This document shows positions 59,044-64,000 of a stretch of 64,000 nt of DNA, piece by piece. Under the pieces are notes generated by a model. It was given only the letters and a program-made list of their open reading frames with translations. It ran no database searches and was not told the DNA's origin. Source of the DNA: Marispirochaeta sp. (lineage in GTDB: Bacteria; Spirochaetota; Spirochaetia; JC444; Marispirochaetaceae). Location of the stretch: positions 704,001 to 768,000 of the forward strand of contig CAXXFF010000002.1 of the NCBI GenBank assembly GCA_963676835.2, given 5' to 3'. How positions within the stretch are numbered: position 1 is the stretch's first letter; each line of letters starts with the position of its first letter. The position numbers and the translations under genes were made by a program.

Positions 59044-59882
59044 AGGCTTTCAATAAACTCCACGGTCAGCAGGGTTATATCATCCTGGAACTGTTCTCCC
59101 CCCATAAACTCCAGCAGCCTGGTTATTACCTCGTTGCTGAGCAGCTCAATATCCATATCGCCGGCATCGCGTATAATGCTGAGAAGGCGCTCCCTGCCGA
59201 AGGGCTGCATCTTCGAGTCGGTGGTTTCCAAGAGGCCGTCGGTATAGAGCATAAGCCGGTCTCCGGATTGCAGGGTGAGTTTTCTTTCTTCGTATTTGGT
59301 TGTTTCAAAGGTTCCGAGAAAAAATCCCGGTGAGCTCAGAAGATCCGCTTCTCCGTTATCATGAATAATAATCTGTTTCGGGTGTCCCGCATTGGCGTAT
59401 ACGCACTCCATATTTTCCGTGTCCACGATTATATAGAAGGCGGTTATGTAGTGATCGGTACGGATCGTTCTGCAGAATTCTTCGTTTATTTTTGTAAGAA
59501 CCTGTGCAGGAGAATCGGTTCTGCAGGCAATGTGGGTAAAAGCGCTTTTCATCATGGCCGTCAAAAAGGCGGAGGCTACTCCGTGACCGGAAGCATCGGC
59601 AATGATTATACCGACTTTCCCGGAACCGAGAGAAATATAGTCGTAATAGTCTCCACCTACCGAAAGAAAGGGCAGATAACGGTGAGAAATGGTAAGAGGA
59701 AGATCCGCAGGGGTTTCTCTGGGCAGCAGACTCTTCTGCAGTTCACTTGCAAGAGCAAGTTCTTCAGTAATAGTACGGTTGCGTTCTTCAAGCAGTTTTT
59801 TTGCCTTTGCCAGCTGAACGGCCTGTTTTTTCAGTTTAATATAGGCCTCTTCCAAGGCTTTATGCTCTGACGATGCTTTCAT
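59040..59882 (-). CDS. SpoIIE/RsbU-type PP2C serine phosphatase with short coiled-coil N-terminus
   Basis: VGGDYYD, IADASGHG, YANAGH, LYTDGL and QDDITL. Confidence 0.92.
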   Translation of the reverse strand: MKASSEHKALEEAYIKLKKQAVQLAKAKKLLEERNRTITEELALASELQKSLLPRETPADLPLTISHRYLPFLSVGGDYYDYISLGSGKVGIIIADASGHGVASAFLTAMMKSAFTHIACRTDSPAQVLTKINEEFCRTIRTDHYITAFYIIVDTENMECVYANAGHPKQIIIHDNGEADLLSSPGFFLGTFETTKYEERKLTLQSGDRLMLYTDGLLETTDSKMQPFGRERLLSIIRDAGDMDIELLSNEVITRLLEFMGGEQFQDDITLLTVEFIESL

Positions 59883-59946
59883 CCTGTATCCAATCTAAAA
59901 AAAAACTGGTAAAATTTGAATCTACTTTTTACACTTTAGCATATAT

Positions 59947-60858
59947 ATGAAAAATAAGCCTGATTTCATTCTAATTGATTTTTCTCCCCAAGAAGAAGAG
60001 CAGATCCGAAATCTCTTAAAAGAGCGAAAAGTCCGGATAGTTGCCTGTCAGAATACACCTGGCACAAGCCTGCCGGAAGCGGCACCGGGGGACAGAGTGC
60101 TCATTGCCCTGAGAAAAGGGCTGAACAGGGTTGATCTGGAGCTGATGCTTTACCGTTACCGCGAAGTACAGACCGGAGTTCTGGCTGAAGCGGATGCACC
60201 GGAGCTGCTTCTGTGGGCTGCATCTAAAGGTCCGGTACCTGCAGCCCTGCTTCCGGCGGAGAATGATGATCTTTCCAGGCTGATCAATGAGATGGACCGA
60301 AAGGCCGGGGATGAACAGTCAAGGCAGCGGCTTTGTAAGGGGCTTCTCTCCTTAGAACACCGCTATCAATGGAAGGCGTCAGAGCTGCAGATATCAAGGG
60401 TTGCATCCCATCTCGCTGGCCTCTTTCATCTTACCGGGTACTGTCACGGTACGGACAGTATGGATACGGTTAAGCTGGCAGTGGAGGAGGCCCTGGCAAA
60501 CAGCCTTGAGCATGGATGCCTTGAGCTTGATTCTTCCATGAAACGGGACGGGCTGGCGGGGACACTTCGCTATGAATCACTTCTTGCCGAAAGGCTTCAG
60601 GATCCATATTTCGGCAGCAGACTGATCACTATTGATTTTTCCCTCCTCGGAGGGCTTGGAATTCTGACCATCGAAGATGAAGGTACAGGATTTGATATCA
60701 CCATTGCGGAAAAACAACTGGACCGTATTCGCAAAGGAAAAACAATAGAGATGGGGTCTGGAAAGGGTATATATCTGATATACTCAGTTTTCGACTCCAT
60801 ACAGTTTCTTGCCGGAGGAAGAATCCTGCGGCTGGAATTGAAGAGTCAGGAGGAATAA
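59947..60858 (+). CDS. RsbW-like anti-sigma factor Ser/Thr kinase (HATPase_c_2) with degenerate N-terminal domain
   Basis: LAVEEALANSLEHG, IEDEGTGFD and GKGIYLI. Confidence 0.8.
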   Translation: MKNKPDFILIDFSPQEEEQIRNLLKERKVRIVACQNTPGTSLPEAAPGDRVLIALRKGLNRVDLELMLYRYREVQTGVLAEADAPELLLWAASKGPVPAALLPAENDDLSRLINEMDRKAGDEQSRQRLCKGLLSLEHRYQWKASELQISRVASHLAGLFHLTGYCHGTDSMDTVKLAVEEALANSLEHGCLELDSSMKRDGLAGTLRYESLLAERLQDPYFGSRLITIDFSLLGGLGILTIEDEGTGFDITIAEKQLDRIRKGKTIEMGSGKGIYLIYSVFDSIQFLAGGRILRLELKSQEE

Positions 60859-60859
60859 T

Positions 60860-61171
60860 GTGAATATTTCAGTGGAACAGCAGGGTGACAAAACATCAGT
60901 AGTCCGCATTGACGGCAATATTGATACCGAGAGCGGACGCGACTTGTCTGTGACAATAATGGGACTGATGGAGAATTCCTCCCTGAGCCATGTATCTTTT
61001 GATATGAGTACCGTAAACACAGTTACCTCCGCGGCAATCGGAAAACTGCTGAACTTTTTCAAATATATGAATTCCATCGGCGGAACCATGGAGATAAAGG
61101 GTATATCCGATACCCTGCTTAACCAGTTTCGTGAGATTCATCTGGACCGGATCTTTCCGGTATCCCAGTAA
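60860..61171 (+). CDS. STAS-domain anti-sigma factor antagonist (RsbV-like)
   Basis: IDGNID and FDMSTVNTVTSAAIGKL (phosphorylatable Ser); 103 aa. Confidence 0.88.
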   Translation: MNISVEQQGDKTSVVRIDGNIDTESGRDLSVTIMGLMENSSLSHVSFDMSTVNTVTSAAIGKLLNFFKYMNSIGGTMEIKGISDTLLNQFREIHLDRIFPVSQ

Positions 61172-61188
61172 TACAAGGACGGCTTCCT

Positions 61189-62193
61189 GTGGATATCCGT
61201 TTACGCGAACCCGATGATTTCCATCTTCATCTGAGACAGGGCGAGCTGCTGGAGACGGTGGCGCCCTTGACCGCCGGTACCTTTCGCCGCGGCATTGTTA
61301 TGCCCAATACAGTGCCTCCGGTAATCAATGCCACCGGCCTTGAAGCATACCGCAGCGAAATTACCGCCGCGGCTCATGGATTTGAGCCTCTTATGACCTT
61401 TAAGCTAATTCCCGGTCTTGAGCCTGATGAAATTGCACGGATGGCACGGGCGGGGGCTCTGGTGGGAAAGTACTATCCTGCAGGGGCCACAACAAATGCG
61501 GAAGACGGTTTTGCCGACATCAAGGCGGCGTTTCCTCTTTTTCACACTCTCCAGTCTGAAGGGCTTGTTTTGAGTATTCACGGAGAAGATCCGGATAAAC
61601 CGATTCTCGAACGGGAAGCAGCCTTTCTTGCTCAGGTACAGACAATTATCGATAACTTTCCTCGCTTGAGGATAGTTCTGGAACATCTTTCCTGTCGTGA
61701 ATCTGTTGATGCTGTGCGGGCCTGGCCAGAGCGGGTCGCGGCGACCATTACTGCCCATCACCTGGCATTTTCTCTTGAAGATCTTTTAGGAGGGGCGCTG
61801 AACCATAATCTTTTCTGTAAGCCTGTGGTTAAAGGCCTTGCGCATCAGAAAGCTCTTATTGAAGCTGCAGTATCCGGAGAAGGCCGATTCTTTTTCGGGT
61901 CCGACAGTGCTCCCCACTCTCATTCTGCAAAATGCCGGGGTGCCGCCGGATCTTTTACTGCCCCGGTTGCCCTGCCCCTTCTGGCTGAAATATTCAGTAA
62001 GGCCGGAAAGCTTGATGCCCTGGAGGATTTTACCTCCCGGTTTGGTGCCGAGTTCTATCACCTGCCGCAGAACAGGGGTGAGGTGCTCCTTTCCCGGCAG
62101 GATTTTCATGTGCCTGAAGAGTACGGCGGAGTTGTTCCCCTCTGCGCAGGACAGACTCTGCCCTGGCGGGTAGCTGACCGCTCCGCTTCCTGA
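61189..62193 (+). CDS. pyrC: Dihydroorotase (homodimeric type)
   Basis: PDDFHLHLR, VMPN, KYYPAGATTN, IVLEH, FCKPV and GSDSAPH. Confidence 0.95.
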   Translation: MDIRLREPDDFHLHLRQGELLETVAPLTAGTFRRGIVMPNTVPPVINATGLEAYRSEITAAAHGFEPLMTFKLIPGLEPDEIARMARAGALVGKYYPAGATTNAEDGFADIKAAFPLFHTLQSEGLVLSIHGEDPDKPILEREAAFLAQVQTIIDNFPRLRIVLEHLSCRESVDAVRAWPERVAATITAHHLAFSLEDLLGGALNHNLFCKPVVKGLAHQKALIEAAVSGEGRFFFGSDSAPHSHSAKCRGAAGSFTAPVALPLLAEIFSKAGKLDALEDFTSRFGAEFYHLPQNRGEVLLSRQDFHVPEEYGGVVPLCAGQTLPWRVADRSAS

Positions 62194-62245
62194 TACTATC
62201 CTGATAATAACCAGAGACCATAATGCATCCGGAGAAATCACACTC

Positions 62246-62998
62246 ATGAAATTTCGTCCCTGTATCGACCTCCACGAAGGCAAGGTCAAACAGATAGTAG
62301 GCGGTACTCTCAACGACAGCGGGGCCACGGAGAACTATGTTTCTACCCGGGGTGCCGCCTTTTATGCGGCTCTGTACCGGGAGAAAGGCCTCACCGGAGG
62401 CCATATCATCATGCTCGGACCGGGTAACCGTGAGCAGGCACTAACTGCATTGAGGGAGTATCCCGGAGGAATGCAGGTGGGGGGCGGGATTAATCCGGAA
62501 AACGCCGCGGAGTTTCTTGAGGCAGGCGCGAGCCACGTAATAGTAACCTCCTGGGTTTTTCGGGACGGCCGTATCTCCCGGGATAACCTTGAAGCCATGG
62601 TCCGTTCTGTGGGTCGGGAAAACCTGGTTCTGGATCTGAGCTGCCGTAAAAGGGATGACGAATACTGGATAGTAACCGACCGCTGGCAGAAGTTTACCGA
62701 TACTAAGCTTGATGCGGAAACCCTTGCCGATCTGGGCGGCAGCTGTGATGAATTTCTCGTTCATGCCGCTGATGTTGAAGGTCGCCAGCAGGGCATCGAG
62801 GCTCCGGTTGTGGATCTTCTATCGGGATTTTCCCCGGTTCCGTCTGCCTATGCAGGGGGTATCCGCAATTTGGAAGATATTGAGCTTATTTCCAGTCTCG
62901 GCAGAAATGGTATTGATTTTACTGTGGGCAGTGCCCTTGATATATTTGGAGGGGCACTTTCGTTTGATGAGGTGAGTGCCCGCTACGGCAAAGATTGA
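62246..62998 (+). CDS. hisA: ProFAR isomerase HisA, eukaryotic (His6)-type
   Basis: FRPCIDLHEGKVKQIVGGTL, GGHIIMLG, LDLSCR, TDRWQKFT and GSALDIFGG. Confidence 0.92.
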   Translation: MKFRPCIDLHEGKVKQIVGGTLNDSGATENYVSTRGAAFYAALYREKGLTGGHIIMLGPGNREQALTALREYPGGMQVGGGINPENAAEFLEAGASHVIVTSWVFRDGRISRDNLEAMVRSVGRENLVLDLSCRKRDDEYWIVTDRWQKFTDTKLDAETLADLGGSCDEFLVHAADVEGRQQGIEAPVVDLLSGFSPVPSAYAGGIRNLEDIELISSLGRNGIDFTVGSALDIFGGALSFDEVSARYGKD

Positions 62999-63057
62999 CA
63001 GAAGATTTGTCAATGGCAGATTACAAAAAGAAAACTGAATTCTGGAGATGAATTGTT

Positions 63058-63615
63058 ATGGAACGTGAACCTGTAATGCCCCTTATTTTAAAAGAAGCGG
63101 ACGGCACTATTGCCGATGTATTGCTTGAGAATGAAAAGGGGCACCGTAAAAGTATAGAGCAGAATATAATCTGGTATCTTCATGCCGAGACCGGCAGACT
63201 GATTCCCTATAAGGAAAACACTCCTTTTAAAGAGATCCGAAAACGGAAGAGCTGGTACGAAGCGGTGCTTCAATCCAATGAAACTGCCGTCACTTCGGAT
63301 CCGGCTGCAGCGGGGCCCTCCGTTGGTACTGCTGCCGCAGAAGGCGGTAATACCCTCTCCCGTCTGGCTGAAGTTATCCGGCAGCGCCGGATTGAACTGC
63401 CGGAAGGCTCATACACCACCCACCTGTTTACCTCCGGTGTGGACAAGATCCGCAAAAAAACCGGGGAAGAAGCGGTGGAGCTTATCCTTGCCAGGGAGAC
63501 TGATGAGATAATCTATGAAGCGGCGGACCTGGTTTATCACATGTTTGTAATGCTTGAATCCCTTGGAATTGATTATACAAAGGTTCTGGCCGAACTGGAC
63601 AAACGGTCCAGCTGA
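63058..63615 (+). CDS. hisE: Phosphoribosyl-ATP pyrophosphatase with degenerate HisI-like N-terminus
   Basis: PEGSYTTHLF, KIRKKTGEEAVE and EAADLVYH. Confidence 0.88.
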   Translation: MEREPVMPLILKEADGTIADVLLENEKGHRKSIEQNIIWYLHAETGRLIPYKENTPFKEIRKRKSWYEAVLQSNETAVTSDPAAAGPSVGTAAAEGGNTLSRLAEVIRQRRIELPEGSYTTHLFTSGVDKIRKKTGEEAVELILARETDEIIYEAADLVYHMFVMLESLGIDYTKVLAELDKRSS

Positions 63616-63683
63616 CCTGCTTTTGAAATTTTAATTATCGGAATATTAACCCTGACACGTATACGGTTCTGGAATTGGAAAGT

Positions 63684-63998
63684 TTACTGGACTTCATCCA
63701 GAACCATGGTATCTGCTTCGAGGTGGGCAGTATCTCCCAGAACCCGTACTTTCCATGATCCGTTACTGTACTCCAGCCGGTTGATGCCGCAGTTGAGCAG
63801 GAAGAAATTTCTTGGAGCATCCGCTGGAATGTGCAGCATATTCCGCAGCAGTGCCGACATTGTTCCGCCATGGCTTATGGCAACAATTCTGCTGTCCCGG
63901 TGTTTTTCACGGATTTCGTCCAGAAAACTCCAGGTTCTATCCAGAACCTGTTTAAGGGACTCTCCCTCGGGAATTACATAATCGGAGTGAAAGTAGTT
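63684..63998 (-). CDS. Histidine phosphatase (phosphoglycerate mutase-like) family protein, 3' part only
   Basis: Manual translation gives ...IPEGESLKQV...IVAISHGGTM...NCGINRL...LGDTAHL..VQ*; open to the window edge. Confidence 0.85.
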   Translation of the reverse strand, partial: NYFHSDYVIPEGESLKQVLDRTWSFLDEIREKHRDSRIVAISHGGTMSALLRNMLHIPADAPRNFFLLNCGINRLEYSNGSWKVRVLGDTAHLEADTMVLDEVQ

Positions 63999-64000
63999 TT

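Noticed and set aside
63635..63871. 78-aa minus-strand ORF from the ORF track
   Set aside because: Wrong frame. The frame 63998-63684 encodes clear histidine-phosphatase motifs instead.

Overview
Bacterial chromosomal segment that looks spirochaetal. The evidence is the gene inventory (DUF2259-like protein, FlgD-Ig/OmpA repeat protein, large GH13, CheW/MCPs), and this taxonomic call is an inference. Most of the window is housekeeping, metabolic and signalling genes: Fur, cheW-MCP, a DAACS symporter, GH13 enzymes, a CoA-activase fusion, lysA, EamA/AraC, dprA-comM-yraN, a LacI-controlled alpha-glucoside ABC locus, nfo, ftsH, an ABC-F ATPase, a PPIase, a GGDEF protein, pdp-deoB, a two-component plus RsbU/W/V-like module, pyrC, hisA and hisE. 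There are two visibly AT-rich accessory inserts (about 16.5-22.2 kb and 29.8-31.1 kb) with no integrase, transposase or tRNA. The most striking unexplained structure is at 25427-25561: four 18-bp palindromic repeats with exactly 21-bp unique spacers (39-bp period), the last overlapping the start codon of an AAA+/DUF4143 (COG1373-like) ATPase-nuclease gene. Two other non-coding repeat tracts stand out: an 11-bp-period GTTC-N7 tract before dprA and a 16-bp tandem repeat before cheW. No rRNA, tRNA, canonical CRISPR-cas or IS element was recognised.
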